Shown here one piece after another: positions 9,672-20,310 of a DNA stretch of 64,000 nucleotides. The DNA lies in contig OY969695.1 in the NCBI GenBank assembly GCA_963701965.1, positions 1,024,001 through 1,088,000 on the forward strand. The letters run 5' to 3'. Source of the DNA: an uncultured Gemmatimonadales bacterium (lineage in GTDB: Bacteria > Gemmatimonadota > Gemmatimonadetes > Gemmatimonadales > Gemmatimonadaceae). The notes beneath the pieces are model-generated. The model saw only the letters and a program-made list of their open reading frames with translations. It made no database searches and was not told the DNA's origin. Every line of letters begins with the position of its first letter. Position 1 is the first letter of the stretch. The translations under genes were made by a program, and so were the position numbers.

Positions 9672-10451
9672 TCAGTCGATGCGCACCGTCAGGCCGTCGA
9701 AGGCCGGCGCGATCCCCCGCGGAAGCTCGGTCTCCAGATCGGCGTGAAAGTTGTCGTGCGTCAGATGCGTGATATACGTCCGCTCGGCGCCGAGCGCCCG
9801 CGCGACATCGATCGCCTCGGGAAAGCTCAGGTGGGTCGGATGTTCGGTGCGGAGCAGCGCGTTGATCACCAACACTTTGGCCCCGGCGAGCACCGCCCGC
9901 GCATCCGGGGGGACGGCCTTGGCGTCGGTGACGTACGCCAGATCGCCGATGCGGTACCCGTAGACCGTCATGTCGCCGTGCGGCAGCGAGACCGGCGTCA
10001 CGTCCACATCGCCGATCCGCACCGTCACAAATGGCTCGAGCGCCCGGGCGTGACCCTTGGGTTTGGACGTGCCCGGCAGCGGTTGGATCGATTCGTCGAA
10101 TACGTAGGCGAACTTGCGCGCCAGCGATGCCAGGGTGGCGGCCGATCCGAACAACGGCAGGGGGCCTTCGCGCCGCACCGAGATCGCCCGCAGGTCATCC
10201 AAGCCGTGCGTGTGGTCGGCGTGATCATGCGTGAACAGCACCGCGTCGATCCGGTCGATGCCGTTGGCGATCAGCTGCACGCGCAGCTCGGGCGGCGTGT
10301 CGATCAGCAGGTGCGTGCCGCGGTCCGTCTCCACGACCGCCCCAACCCGCGTGCGCCGGTCGCGGGGATCGGGGGACCGGCACACCGGGCAGTGGCAGCC
10401 GACCATCGGCACCCCGAAACTGGTCCCGGTGCCGAGAAACGTCAGCTTCAC
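9672..10451 (-). CDS. MBL-fold metallo-hydrolase (PhnP-like)
   Basis: FLGTGTSFGVP..CHCPVC, THDHADHTHG; GTGA overlap with pyk stop. Confidence 0.92.
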   Translation of the reverse strand: MKLTFLGTGTSFGVPMVGCHCPVCRSPDPRDRRTRVGAVVETDRGTHLLIDTPPELRVQLIANGIDRIDAVLFTHDHADHTHGLDDLRAISVRREGPLPLFGSAATLASLARKFAYVFDESIQPLPGTSKPKGHARALEPFVTVRIGDVDVTPVSLPHGDMTVYGYRIGDLAYVTDAKAVPPDARAVLAGAKVLVINALLRTEHPTHLSFPEAIDVARALGAERTYITHLTHDNFHADLETELPRGIAPAFDGLTVRID

Positions 10452-11929
10452 ACCGTTTCGACCTTGAGCAGGTTCGTGGTCCCGGGCACGTCGAACGGCA
10501 CGCCGGCGGTCACCAGTACGCGATCTCCGCGCCGCGCGAGATTGCGGTCGACGGCGGTCTGGCGGGCCAACGCGACCATGGCGTCGTACTCCTCGCAGTG
10601 GGCCGCGTGGTGGGGGACGACGCCCCACACCAGGGCCAGCTGGCGGTAGGTCCGGGCCATGTCCGTCAACGCCAGGATCGGCACTTTGGGGCGGTGGGAG
10701 GCGACGACCCGGGCGCTGAACCCGCTCTTGGTGAGCACGATGACGAGGGGCGTGGCGATCATGCGCGCCGCGGCCACGGTGGCGGCGGCGATCGCCTCCT
10801 CCGTGGTCAGGGTCGTGCCGGGCTCGCGCCGTTCCTCATCCCGGGCCCGGCCCGGTGGGGGATGACTCTCGACCTCGCAGATGATGCGGCGCATGGCTTC
10901 CACCGCCAATCGCGGAAACGCGCCGGCGGCCGTCTCTGCGGACAGCATGACGGCGTCCGTCCCATCGAGGATCGCGTTGGCGACGTCGCTGGCTTCCGCG
11001 CGCGTGGGGCGCGCGTGCTCGACCATCGACTCCAGCATCTGCGTGGCGGTGATGACCGGCCGGCCCAGGCGGTTGGCCAGGCGAATGATCCGCTTCTGGG
11101 CGATCGGCACTTCCTCGAACGGCAACTCGACGCCAAGATCCCCGCGCGCGACCATCACGCCATCGGAGGCGAGCAGGATCGACTCGATGTTGGCGAGCGC
11201 GACGTCTTTTTCGATTTTCGCGATCACCGGAAGCCATCGCGGGATCATCGCCCGCAGCTCGGCGATGTCCTTGGGCTCGCGCACGAAGCTGAGCGCGAGG
11301 TAGTCCATGCCGTGTTCCACCGCGAAGGCGATGTCGGAGCGGTCCTTCTCCGTGATCGAGGGCGCCGAGACGCGGACGCCGGGTAGGTTCATGCCCTTGT
11401 GGCTCTTGAGCGGGCCGCCGTGCACCACGCGGGCCTGGACGCGCGGCGCGCGGACGTCGAGCACCATCAGCTCAATGAGGCCGTCGTCGATCAGGATGCG
11501 GTCGCCGGCATGCACGTCGCTCGCCAGCGCATCATAGGTAATAGGGATCTCGGCGACGCTCCGCGTCGCGAGATCCGGGGTCGGTTGGACAGATCCCGGC
11601 TGCGCCGAGATCTCGCCACTGTGCACCTGCGGCTCGGGCACGAGCACGACATCGGCGCCCGTCTCCAGCAGCCGCGGCGCCGACAGTTCGCCGATGCGAA
11701 TGCGCGGGCCTTGGAGATCGCCGAGGATGGCGACCGGCAGTCCCCGGGCGTCGGCGGCTCGGCGCACGCGGGTGATCGTCTCCAGATGTTCCGCTTGGGT
11801 GCCGTGCGAGAAGTTGATGCGGGCGACGTTCATTCCGGCGTCGAGCAGGTCGCCGATCGCCGATTCCGTGCTGCTCGCGGGCCCGAGCGTACAGACGATT
11901 TTTGTGCGAGGATAACTGGAAGTGGGCAC
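10448..11929 (-). CDS. pyk: Pyruvate kinase
   Basis: RTKIVCTLGP, ARINFSHG, MVARGDLGVE, TATQMLESM, DGTDAVMLSAETA; start approximate. Confidence 0.97.
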   Translation of the reverse strand: MPTSSYPRTKIVCTLGPASSTESAIGDLLDAGMNVARINFSHGTQAEHLETITRVRRAADARGLPVAILGDLQGPRIRIGELSAPRLLETGADVVLVPEPQVHSGEISAQPGSVQPTPDLATRSVAEIPITYDALASDVHAGDRILIDDGLIELMVLDVRAPRVQARVVHGGPLKSHKGMNLPGVRVSAPSITEKDRSDIAFAVEHGMDYLALSFVREPKDIAELRAMIPRWLPVIAKIEKDVALANIESILLASDGVMVARGDLGVELPFEEVPIAQKRIIRLANRLGRPVITATQMLESMVEHARPTRAEASDVANAILDGTDAVMLSAETAAGAFPRLAVEAMRRIICEVESHPPPGRARDEERREPGTTLTTEEAIAAATVAAARMIATPLVIVLTKSGFSARVVASHRPKVPILALTDMARTYRQLALVWGVVPHHAAHCEEYDAMVALARQTAVDRNLARRGDRVLVTAGVPFDVPGTTNLLKVETV

Positions 11930-12052
11930 CGCCGTTGAACTTAAACGGTGCGCCACCGTTTCGCAGGCGGTCGAGACCGTCACACACCGTAACCCGTCGT
12001 TAACGCCAAGCGATGCTCCGGCGTCTGCCCCTCGACTCTGACGGGAGGCAGC

Positions 12053-12928
12053 ATGTCGTACCTTCGGTTGATGGCGGTGTTCGGCACGGCGGCGGTGATC
12101 GCGGCCCTGGCCGGATGTTCCAGTAGCAGTGACGTAGTCTCACCCGGCGGATCGTCGCCGGTCAGCAATGCGCAGGTCTCGAACGACATGGCGACGGTCA
12201 CGGCGCCCGACGCCGCCGGTGACGTGTCGGACTTCGCCAGCGAGGGCAACAACGGCACGACCTTCAGCGTCGTGAGCGGACGCGCCGGCGGCCTTTCGGC
12301 GGCGGCCGTCACTTGTGGGCCGACGACCACGATCAATGTCGAATACGTCTACGGGAAGGACAACCAAGACACGGTCGACTTCAACCGCACGCGCGAGTGG
12401 TTCGCGGGCGGAGCGTGCGCGACGGCGTTCAGCCCGTCCGTCGACTCCGTGGAGTACGTCGGCACATGGCTCGAGCATCTCGCGGGCGCGAACGCCAAGT
12501 GGTCGGTCCGCGCCAACCGCGTGCGCCACGCGGCCGTGTTCGGCGCGCCGTCGCTCGACTCGGCGACATCGCACGTCTGGAACGCCAATGCGCTGGTCAA
12601 TGACACGGTGCAGGTCATGGGATCGGTCAATACCCGCGACTACACCGGCGTGGCCTACGATACGGCGACCGCGATCACGTTCAATCATCCGCGCAACGGC
12701 GACCGGTATCCGGAGAGCGGCACGTGGACGCGGTGGGCGACGTGGACCCTCAATGTCACGGGCGCCAAGACCGAGACCAAGACCGTGTCCCGCCACATCG
12801 TCGTGACGTTCTCGGGCGGCAGCAACGACGCCCAGCTCCAGATCTATGACATCGCCACCAATACCGTGGCGCTGACGTGCACCATCGATCTGCTGGCGCA
12901 CGAGATCGTGCCCGGGTCCTGTCATTGA
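12053..12928 (+). CDS. Hypothetical beta-rich lipoprotein
   Basis: GGAGG RBS; lipobox LAGC; followed by terminator. Confidence 0.85.
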   Translation: MSYLRLMAVFGTAAVIAALAGCSSSSDVVSPGGSSPVSNAQVSNDMATVTAPDAAGDVSDFASEGNNGTTFSVVSGRAGGLSAAAVTCGPTTTINVEYVYGKDNQDTVDFNRTREWFAGGACATAFSPSVDSVEYVGTWLEHLAGANAKWSVRANRVRHAAVFGAPSLDSATSHVWNANALVNDTVQVMGSVNTRDYTGVAYDTATAITFNHPRNGDRYPESGTWTRWATWTLNVTGAKTETKTVSRHIVVTFSGGSNDAQLQIYDIATNTVALTCTIDLLAHEIVPGSCH

Positions 12929-12932
12929 CCAC

Positions 12933-12971
12933 AAAAAAAGCTCCCCCTGCTAACGCAGGGGGAGTCTTTTT
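12933..12971. terminator. Bidirectional intrinsic terminator
   Basis: A-tract, stem CTCCCCCTGC-taac-GCAGGGGGAG, T-tract; between convergent genes. Confidence 0.9.
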
Positions 12972-13000
12972 GTCGCGGTTCCGCGCAGTCTCGGTGAAAC

Positions 13001-15406
13001 TTACTCCGATCGCATCGCGATCACGGGTGCGATAGCGGCCGCGCGGCGCGCCGGGAACCAGGACGCGAATGCGGCAACGGCCAGCAGCGCGGTGCCGGCA
13101 ACGCCGTAGGTAAGCGCATCATCCGATCGCACGCCGTAGAGCAGGCTGCCGAGCACGCGGCTCAATGCCAGCGCCGCGCACACGCCGATCACGACGCCCA
13201 GGCCGGCGAGCCGCATCCCCTGCGTCAGCACCAGCCCCGTCACCTGGCCGGCGCGTGCACCAAGTGCCAAGCGGATGCCCAGTTCGCGGCGGCGCTCGCG
13301 GACCGCGTACGCCAACACCCCATAAATGCCGATCACGGCCAGAAGCTCCGCCGTCATCGCGAACGCGCCCACCACCCACGCATAGATGCGTGGGCGCGCG
13401 ACGGTCGCGCCAATGGCGGCCGCGAACGTGCCGGATTCGTAGAGCGGCACATTCGGGTCGAGCGACGCAACCACGCGGCGGGCCGCGTTCAGCACCGTCG
13501 TCGGATCGCCGCTCGTGCGCACGACGAACGTCAGGTCGCCGAACGACTGCTGGTCGAACGCGATATAGATTACTTCCTGAGCAGCAGCCTTGAGGTCGTT
13601 CGCCTTGGTGTCGCCGACGACACCGACGATCTCGCCGCCGGCGGCGACACTGTCGCCGTGTCCCGTGGAGTCGCCGACCCACCCCAGGGCGACATGCTTC
13701 CCGATCGGGTCTTCGTTCGGGAAATTCGTGCGCGCGAACGCTTCACTCACCACGACCACTTGGTGTCCGCCTGCCCGGTCCGCGTCCGTGAACACTCGGC
13801 CCGTGCGGAGCGGAATGCCGAGCGTCGTGAAGAACGATGGCGTCACCAAACGCACCCAGACGAGGGCTTCCGCGCCGGGAGTTGCCGGCCGGCCGGCGAT
13901 ATGCACTGGCGTCGAGCCGACGCGCGCGCCAAACGGCATACCGAACCCGGCAGCTGCTCCCGACGTGCCGGGCAGCGCGCGGAGCTGATCGATCACGCCG
14001 TGCGTGAATCCCCGGAGCTTGGCCCACGTTGGGTAATCAGTGTTCGGCAGGCTGACCGCGAAACGCACCACGTGCTCGGGCTTGAGTCCCGGGTCGACCG
14101 CCATCATGCTGACGAAGCTGCGCGTGAGCAGGCCCGCTCCGACCAAGAGCACCACCGCGAGCGCGGTCTCGGCTACCACGAGCATCGCACGTGTTCGGCC
14201 GGCGCGGCAATGGCTGCTCGCGCCACGCGCCGCCGGCTGCGCCGCCCGCCGCGCCGAATGAAGCGCCGGCGCCAGGCCGAACAGCACGCCGGTGAGGGTC
14301 GCAAGGAGCGCCGTGAACGCGAGGACGCGACCGTTAACGGCGACTTCGTCGAGGCGTGGTAGATCAGCGGGCCGCGTCGCGACGAGCATGTGGACACCGC
14401 CGTACGCGAGCGCGACGCCGACTACCGCGCCAAAGAGCGCGAGCAGCAGGCTTTCAGTCAGGAGCTGCTGCACAATGCGGCCACGGCCTGCGCCCAGGGC
14501 GACGCGAATGCTGATCTCATTGCCGCGGCCGGTGGCGCGGACGAGTAGCATGTTGGCGACGTTCGCGCAGGCAATTGCCAGCACGCAGCCCACTGCGCCG
14601 AACAGAATGAGCAGGGCCGGGCGGGCGTCGCTCACCAGGTCCTGTTGGAGCGGCACCAGGGAGTAGTGGAGATTCACTGGTGCGCTCATGTACCGCAGGC
14701 GCAGGCGCTCGGTGACCGCGCCGATCTCCTGGCGGGCGTTGGACAGGGTCGTGCCGGGCGCGAGGCGGCCGACCATGTTCAGCATGTGCGCCCCGCGCAT
14801 GTTGGACGCAAGCATCCACGGCGCAATCACCTGCGGCAGCCAGACGTCGGGACGCTGCGGGTACGTGAACCCGGGCGGCGCGATACCGATAATGGTGTAG
14901 GGCTCGCCGTCGAGCGTCACGGTCCGCCCAAGCGCTGACGGATCGCCGCCGAACCGGGACCGCCAGAACCCATCGCTCAGGATCATCGTGTGCGGCGCCG
15001 TGGGCTCGTCTTCGTCCAATGTGAACGCGCGTCCGACCTGCACGGGGACGCCGAGGAGCGCGAACCAGTTCGCGCTCACTTGGGCGGCGGCGATGCGCGC
15101 GGGTTGGTCGCGGCCCATAAGCGTGACGGTGCGGACGTAGTAGACGGCTTCGGCGTCCAACCCGTGGAGTTGTTGGCGCAGGTCCAGGAAGTCGAGCGGG
15201 GATACGTAGCCCGCGGTGACCGCGACCGCGCGGTCGGCGTGGCGGAACGGCAGAGGGGTCAGGAGGACGCCGTCGATCACGCTGAAGATCAGGGTGTTGG
15301 CGCCGATCGCTAAGGCGAGCGTGGCGACGACGCCGGCGGTGAACCAAGGGCTTTGGGCCAGACCGCGGATAGCGGTCCGGACATCCCGCGTGAGCGCGTT
15401 GATCAT
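13001..15406 (-). CDS. Duplicated MacB/FtsX-type ABC permease (ADOP-like orphan permease)
   Basis: DVRTAIRGL..SPWFT..TLALAIGANTLIFS, IACANVANMLL, two EIxIRxALGA-type motifs; no ATPase gene adjacent. Confidence 0.9.
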   Translation of the reverse strand: MINALTRDVRTAIRGLAQSPWFTAGVVATLALAIGANTLIFSVIDGVLLTPLPFRHADRAVAVTAGYVSPLDFLDLRQQLHGLDAEAVYYVRTVTLMGRDQPARIAAAQVSANWFALLGVPVQVGRAFTLDEDEPTAPHTMILSDGFWRSRFGGDPSALGRTVTLDGEPYTIIGIAPPGFTYPQRPDVWLPQVIAPWMLASNMRGAHMLNMVGRLAPGTTLSNARQEIGAVTERLRLRYMSAPVNLHYSLVPLQQDLVSDARPALLILFGAVGCVLAIACANVANMLLVRATGRGNEISIRVALGAGRGRIVQQLLTESLLLALFGAVVGVALAYGGVHMLVATRPADLPRLDEVAVNGRVLAFTALLATLTGVLFGLAPALHSARRAAQPAARGASSHCRAGRTRAMLVVAETALAVVLLVGAGLLTRSFVSMMAVDPGLKPEHVVRFAVSLPNTDYPTWAKLRGFTHGVIDQLRALPGTSGAAAGFGMPFGARVGSTPVHIAGRPATPGAEALVWVRLVTPSFFTTLGIPLRTGRVFTDADRAGGHQVVVVSEAFARTNFPNEDPIGKHVALGWVGDSTGHGDSVAAGGEIVGVVGDTKANDLKAAAQEVIYIAFDQQSFGDLTFVVRTSGDPTTVLNAARRVVASLDPNVPLYESGTFAAAIGATVARPRIYAWVVGAFAMTAELLAVIGIYGVLAYAVRERRRELGIRLALGARAGQVTGLVLTQGMRLAGLGVVIGVCAALALSRVLGSLLYGVRSDDALTYGVAGTALLAVAAFASWFPARRAAAIAPVIAMRSE

Positions 15407-15575
15407 GAGGCCTTGAACATCTGGAAGAGCCGTACCGTTGTGGCTCATCAAGTAAAGCATTGCGCAGCAATCGCCTCGGCCCTTCAGGGCGGGCTGGGCC
15501 TGACCCGTGGTGGGACTGGGTGTACGCGAATGGGTTCGGCGTATCGTCGGTAGAGCCCGGCGAACGCCGCCGCGT

Positions 15576-16592
15576 TCAGGGTTGCGTCCTTGCGAGACGC
15601 GCCATCGTGGCGGGGTAGGCGAAGACGCCGGGAACACCGCCGGTGTGAATCCACACCACCGGCCCACCGTCGCGAAAGCGCCCTCGGCGGGCGAGTCCTA
15701 TCAACCCAGCCAAGCCCTTGCCCGAGTAGACAGGGTCCGTGACCAACCCCTCCAGTCGGGCACCAAGGCGTATCGCTTCTTCGGTTGTCGGATCGACCTC
15801 CCCGTAGGCCGGTCCGCTCCAGTCCGACGCGACTTCGACCGTGTCGTCGTTCCAGCGACAGCCGATCATCCCGGTCACTTCACGTCCAATGCGCCGGACG
15901 TCTCTCGCGACTCGCTCCGGCTGTGCGTCGACATCGATCCCGATGACCTTGGCGCCGTGTCCCAGGACGATCAGCCCGGCCAGGAGGCCGGCTTGTGTGC
16001 CGCCACTCCCACTGCCGTGAACAATCCACCGCACGTCCGGGCACTCGCGGACGATCTCCTGGGCCGCCAGCGCGTAACCAATCGCGCCGAGCGCGTCAGA
16101 CACACCGTACGGCACGAGAAAGACGTTGCGCCCCGACGCGCGTAGCATGGTCGCGATCCCCGCGAGTGGCAGGTTACGATCTTCGTTCCACTCGACGTCG
16201 TGGATGGTGGCGCCGTAGAGGCGGTCGAGCAGGATGTTGCCATTCGTCTCATAGGTCGGCTCCGCGACGAAGGACCGGCCGCGCATGATCCCCAAATGGC
16301 ACTCCAGGCCCAGTTTGGCGCACGCGGCGGCCACCTGGCGCGCGGTGTTCGACTGCGCGACGCCGCCGCAGACGACGCAATCCGCGCCGGAGGAGCGCGC
16401 GGCGGCGAGACTGAACTCCAGCTTTCGGACTTTGTTGCCGCCGACGCCCAGGCCCGTGCAGTCATCGCGCTTCACGAGCAGCGTGCTGACGCCGAGGCGC
16501 TCACCCAGCCGCGCCATTGGCTCGAGTGGTGTCGGCAAGTGTGCCAGCCTAATCCGAGGGAGTTCGTGGATCGCCGCCAGCAGGTCAGACAT
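15576..16592 (-). CDS. D-cysteine desulfhydrase / ACC deaminase family PLP enzyme
   Basis: LPTPLE, VKRDD.TG...GGNKVRKLEF, QSN, SGSGGTQAG, DPVYSGK, IHTGG. Confidence 0.92.
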   Translation of the reverse strand: MSDLLAAIHELPRIRLAHLPTPLEPMARLGERLGVSTLLVKRDDCTGLGVGGNKVRKLEFSLAAARSSGADCVVCGGVAQSNTARQVAAACAKLGLECHLGIMRGRSFVAEPTYETNGNILLDRLYGATIHDVEWNEDRNLPLAGIATMLRASGRNVFLVPYGVSDALGAIGYALAAQEIVRECPDVRWIVHGSGSGGTQAGLLAGLIVLGHGAKVIGIDVDAQPERVARDVRRIGREVTGMIGCRWNDDTVEVASDWSGPAYGEVDPTTEEAIRLGARLEGLVTDPVYSGKGLAGLIGLARRGRFRDGGPVVWIHTGGVPGVFAYPATMARLARTQP

Positions 16593-16657
16593 CGCAATGG
16601 GTGCAGTATCAGAGCCTCCCGGCGGGTGACCGGGAGACTGGGAGCGCGCGGCGCGCG

Positions 16658-17758
16658 TCAGTGCGCGGCGACGACGCGGGTCTTCTTTTCCAATCCGGCG
16701 AGCAACGTGTCGAACGATTTCTGGAAGCTCGACAGCCCATCGGCCAACAGCTTGTCCGTGACATCGCGCATCGAAATGCCGGCGGCTTCAATGTCGCGGA
16801 GCGCCTTGCGCGCCCCTTCCAGGTCGGCGTCGGCCGTCCGCGCGATGACGCCATGGTCGCGGAACGCGTCGATCGTCGCGGCGGGCATCGTGTTGACGGT
16901 GTCCGGCGCGATGAGCTGCTCGACGTACATGACGTCCCGATAGGCCGGATTCTTGGTGCTGGTGCTGGCCCACAGCGGGCGCTGCACGTGCGCGCCCTGA
17001 CGGCGCAGTTCCTCCCACGCCGGACCAGAAAACCGCTGCTGAAAGAGCGCGTACGCGAGCTTCGCGTTCGCCACGGCGGCTTTGCCGGCCAGGCCGCTCG
17101 CCGAGGGCCCGAGCGCCGCGAGCCGCTGGTCGATCTCCGAGTCGACGCGACTCACGAAAAAGCTCGCGACCGACGCGACGCTGCTGACGGCGCCGCCGGC
17201 CCGCAGACGATCCGTGAGCCCGCCAATGTAGGCATCGATGACCGTCGAATAGGCATCAATGGAGAACAGGAGCGTGATGTTGACGTTGATGCCGTCAGCC
17301 GTGAGCCGGCGTACCGCGACGACGCCATCGGGCGTCCCCGGTACCTTGACCATCAAGTTCGGCCGCGCCACCGTGTTCCAGAGACGTCGCGCCTCGACAA
17401 TGGTCGCCGGAGCGTCGTTGGCGACGCCGGGCGACACTTCGATCGAGACGTAGCCGTCGGCGCCTTTGGTCTGGTCGTAGACGGGACGAAAGATGTCGCA
17501 CGCGGCCCGGACATCATCGGTCTCAATGCGCTCGAACATGGCCATGGGCTCCATGCCGCCGAGCGTCGCCAGCTGCTCGTCGTACGCCGACCCTTCGGCC
17601 AGCGCTTTCTCGAAGATCGTCGGATTCGACGTCTCTCCGGTTACGGCGTCATCCTGAATGCGGCGCTGGAGCGTCCCGTCGCGGAGAATCGCGCGGTCAA
17701 TGAAATCGAGCCAGATCGACTGGCCGGCGTCGTGCAACTGATGAAGTCGGTTCGGCAT
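16658..17758 (-). CDS. tal: Transaldolase
   Basis: GQSIWLD, TSNPTIF, VSIEVSP, MVKVPGT, NITLLFS, SFFVSRVD, QRPLWASTSTK. Confidence 0.96.
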   Translation of the reverse strand: MPNRLHQLHDAGQSIWLDFIDRAILRDGTLQRRIQDDAVTGETSNPTIFEKALAEGSAYDEQLATLGGMEPMAMFERIETDDVRAACDIFRPVYDQTKGADGYVSIEVSPGVANDAPATIVEARRLWNTVARPNLMVKVPGTPDGVVAVRRLTADGINVNITLLFSIDAYSTVIDAYIGGLTDRLRAGGAVSSVASVASFFVSRVDSEIDQRLAALGPSASGLAGKAAVANAKLAYALFQQRFSGPAWEELRRQGAHVQRPLWASTSTKNPAYRDVMYVEQLIAPDTVNTMPAATIDAFRDHGVIARTADADLEGARKALRDIEAAGISMRDVTDKLLADGLSSFQKSFDTLLAGLEKKTRVVAAH

Positions 17759-17790
17759 GGCCGCCGTGAAAGAGAGAGGTACCGTGGAAG

Positions 17791-19236
17791 TTACACGGGC
17801 TTCGCGGTCGCCGAAACGGCAAATCCCTCCCGATGCATAACGCCCCACGACCGCACGCCCCGCGCGTACTTCCAGAACGCCTGCAAACGAAAGAAGACGG
17901 TGATCTGCCGGTAGCCGAAATTCTCGAGCACGGCATAGAGGATGAGCCGTCCGAAATCGGACAGTCTCGAGTAGCGCCGGTACGTCAGCTCCTCGAGCAC
18001 GAAGGTCCAGATCGAGAGCAACAGCCCGTAACCGATCGCGACGAGCAGAAACAGCGCCGCGAACTCGCGGTTGACCGCCCCGATCGCCAGTCCGGCCGCC
18101 GTGATCACATAACCGAACAACTCGACGAGAGGCGCCAGCATCTCCCCGAAGAAATAGAACGGATACGCCACCATCCCGACGGATCCGTATTTCCGGTTGA
18201 ACATCAAGTCGCGATGCGCCCACAGCGTGGCGATCAACCCGCGGTGCCACCGCTCCCGTTGACGGCCGAGCACCTTGAGGCTGGTCGGGACTTCCGTCCA
18301 GGCCACGGGATCGGGCACGAACGGCATCTTGTCGGGCAGCTTGTTCTCGTGCAGATACCGGTGCATCCGGACGACGAGGTCCATGTCCTCCGTGATGTTG
18401 CCGGTCTTGTACCCGCCGATCTTGAGCACATAGTCCCGGCGAAAGAGTCCGAACGCACCGGAGATGATCAGATTGCCGCCGAGGCGGTTCCACCCCAGTC
18501 GCCCGAACAGAAACGCGCGGAGATACTCGACGACCTGGATGCCCGGAAGGATCCGGCGGTCGACGCGGGTCTCGACGACCCGGCCGTGCTCCACCCGGCA
18601 ACCGTTGGCGACGCGGATCGTGCCGCCGACGGCGGCCACGTGTCCCCCCATGAGAAACGGCCGCGCCAGACGCAACAGCGCGTCCGACTCGATCAGCGTG
18701 TCGGCGTCGACGGCGATCACGTACGGGTAGCGCGCGGCGTTGAGCGCGGCGTTGAGCGCATCGGCCTTGCCGCCGTTGTCCTTGTCCAGCACCAGCAGCT
18801 TGGAGTAGCGGCGCGACCGGTAGTAGGCACGCACGGGCCGCGTCGGCACGGCCACTGGAAACGCCGGTGGCACTTCGTACAGGTCGTAGGCCTCGACGAG
18901 GCGTTGAATGGTCTGGTCTTTGGAGCCGTCACTGACCAAGACCACTTCGTGCCGCGGGTACTCCAGTGTCAAAAACGAGAGCACGCTGGCCGCGATCGTG
19001 ACCTCTTCGTTGTATGCCGGGACCAAAATCGAGAGCGGGGGTAACGCGTCGGAGCCCAGCAGGCGTTGGACGTGCTCGTCGTGCGCCAGGTGCCAGTGCA
19101 GCCAGGCCTCCGGGATGGACGACAGCAAGAGCACCGCGTAGAACGAGTTCAGCGCCAGGAAGTAGATGAGCACCGTGGCATCGGCGACCGCGATGCCCGT
19201 CAGGATCCACGCGTGCAGGGTCGGCCCGAGACTCAC
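17791..19236 (-). CDS. Processive family-2 glycosyltransferase (PgaC/IcaA-like)
   Basis: ILVPAYNEE, DGSKD, NGGKADALN, DAD, TED, QRERW (QxxRW); N- and C-terminal TM helices. Confidence 0.92.
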   Translation of the reverse strand: MSLGPTLHAWILTGIAVADATVLIYFLALNSFYAVLLLSSIPEAWLHWHLAHDEHVQRLLGSDALPPLSILVPAYNEEVTIAASVLSFLTLEYPRHEVVLVSDGSKDQTIQRLVEAYDLYEVPPAFPVAVPTRPVRAYYRSRRYSKLLVLDKDNGGKADALNAALNAARYPYVIAVDADTLIESDALLRLARPFLMGGHVAAVGGTIRVANGCRVEHGRVVETRVDRRILPGIQVVEYLRAFLFGRLGWNRLGGNLIISGAFGLFRRDYVLKIGGYKTGNITEDMDLVVRMHRYLHENKLPDKMPFVPDPVAWTEVPTSLKVLGRQRERWHRGLIATLWAHRDLMFNRKYGSVGMVAYPFYFFGEMLAPLVELFGYVITAAGLAIGAVNREFAALFLLVAIGYGLLLSIWTFVLEELTYRRYSRLSDFGRLILYAVLENFGYRQITVFFRLQAFWKYARGVRSWGVMHREGFAVSATAKPV

Positions 19237-20304
19237 GCTTCGGCCAGCTCCAGCACTCCGCCGCCCGACAATCCGCTGATCATCGTCGCCATCTCGCTGG
19301 CGTACCGGTCATTGCCGGCGCGGGCTTCCCGCAACATCCGCCGGCCGGGCTCCCCGAGCTGCGCCAGGCTCAGCGCCGCGCGAAACCGCACCCACCACGC
19401 TTGGTCGCCGAGGAGAACGCCGAGGGGCGCGACGGCATCGTTGACGCGCAGCACGCCAATGGAGCGCGCCGCTTGGGCGCGAACGCGCCAGTCGGGGTCG
19501 CGCAGGAGTACCAGCAGGACGGGAGGCGTATCCTGGTGAAAGTAGTGCTTGAGGGCGCGGGCCACGGCGAGCCGCACATCGGCGTCGGTGTGCTCGGCGA
19601 GCCGGAGCAACGGCGCCAGCACGCCGGGCGTGGCCAGCGCTTCGGCCAGGTTGATCCACACTTCAAGGCGGCGGGGCGGCGTGTCGGGGCGGAGCCGTGT
19701 GGCGACCAGTGGGACCGTGTGGGTCCAACACTGCCGGAGCGCACCAAAGAGATAGTGACGCACCGCGACGGGGCGCCCGGGCAGGGTCTCGACGACGAGC
19801 GACACCAGCTCGGCGTCGGCGACGCGGGCCAGACACGAGGCGGCGGCGAGTTGGACCGCAGGGTGCTTGTCCAGGAGGAGCCGGCGGAGCAGCGCCCGGT
19901 GCGCCTCGGTCCCCACGACGGCGAGCAGTCGGACGGCCGCCAAGCGCCGCCACCACTGGCGGGAACGGGCCCCGTCCAGGCCGCGCACGACCCACCGCTC
20001 GTCGCGAAGGGCCGTGGCCAGCGCCTCCTGCCGCTCGGGTGCCACGCGCAACGCGGACAAGCCGCGTGAGCTGTTCGATGGCGTCTTCGGGTGACAGCGC
20101 CGCGAGATGGTTGCGGACATCGCTGACGTCCCCGGAGCCCAGGAGAAAGCAATGCAACGGCTCGGTCAGTGACGAGGCGACGACCGTCTGCCGCCGCGCC
20201 CGCCGGCGAAATCGCACGCAATGCACCAGCAGATACGCCAGGAGCGTCAGGATGAAGATGACCTGCATCGCGACGATGAGGGACAAAATGACGGTTGGCA
20301 GCAC
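19233..20304 (-). CDS. N-terminally membrane-anchored HEAT-repeat protein, +1 frameshift near 20059-20060
   Basis: Frame A: TM ..DAIEQLTR; frame B: LSALRVAPE.. with HEAT repeats (DPDWRVRAQAARSIG, WWVRFRAALSLAQLG); removing one base joins them. Confidence 0.82.
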
Positions 20305-20310
20305 GGTGCG

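Noticed and set aside
13001..15406. Orphan ABC permease as a novel system
   Set aside because: Matches the already described duplicated orphan permease class
16658..18601. 647-aa extended transaldolase
   Set aside because: The N-terminal part is an alternative frame of the GT2 gene; the real start is 17758
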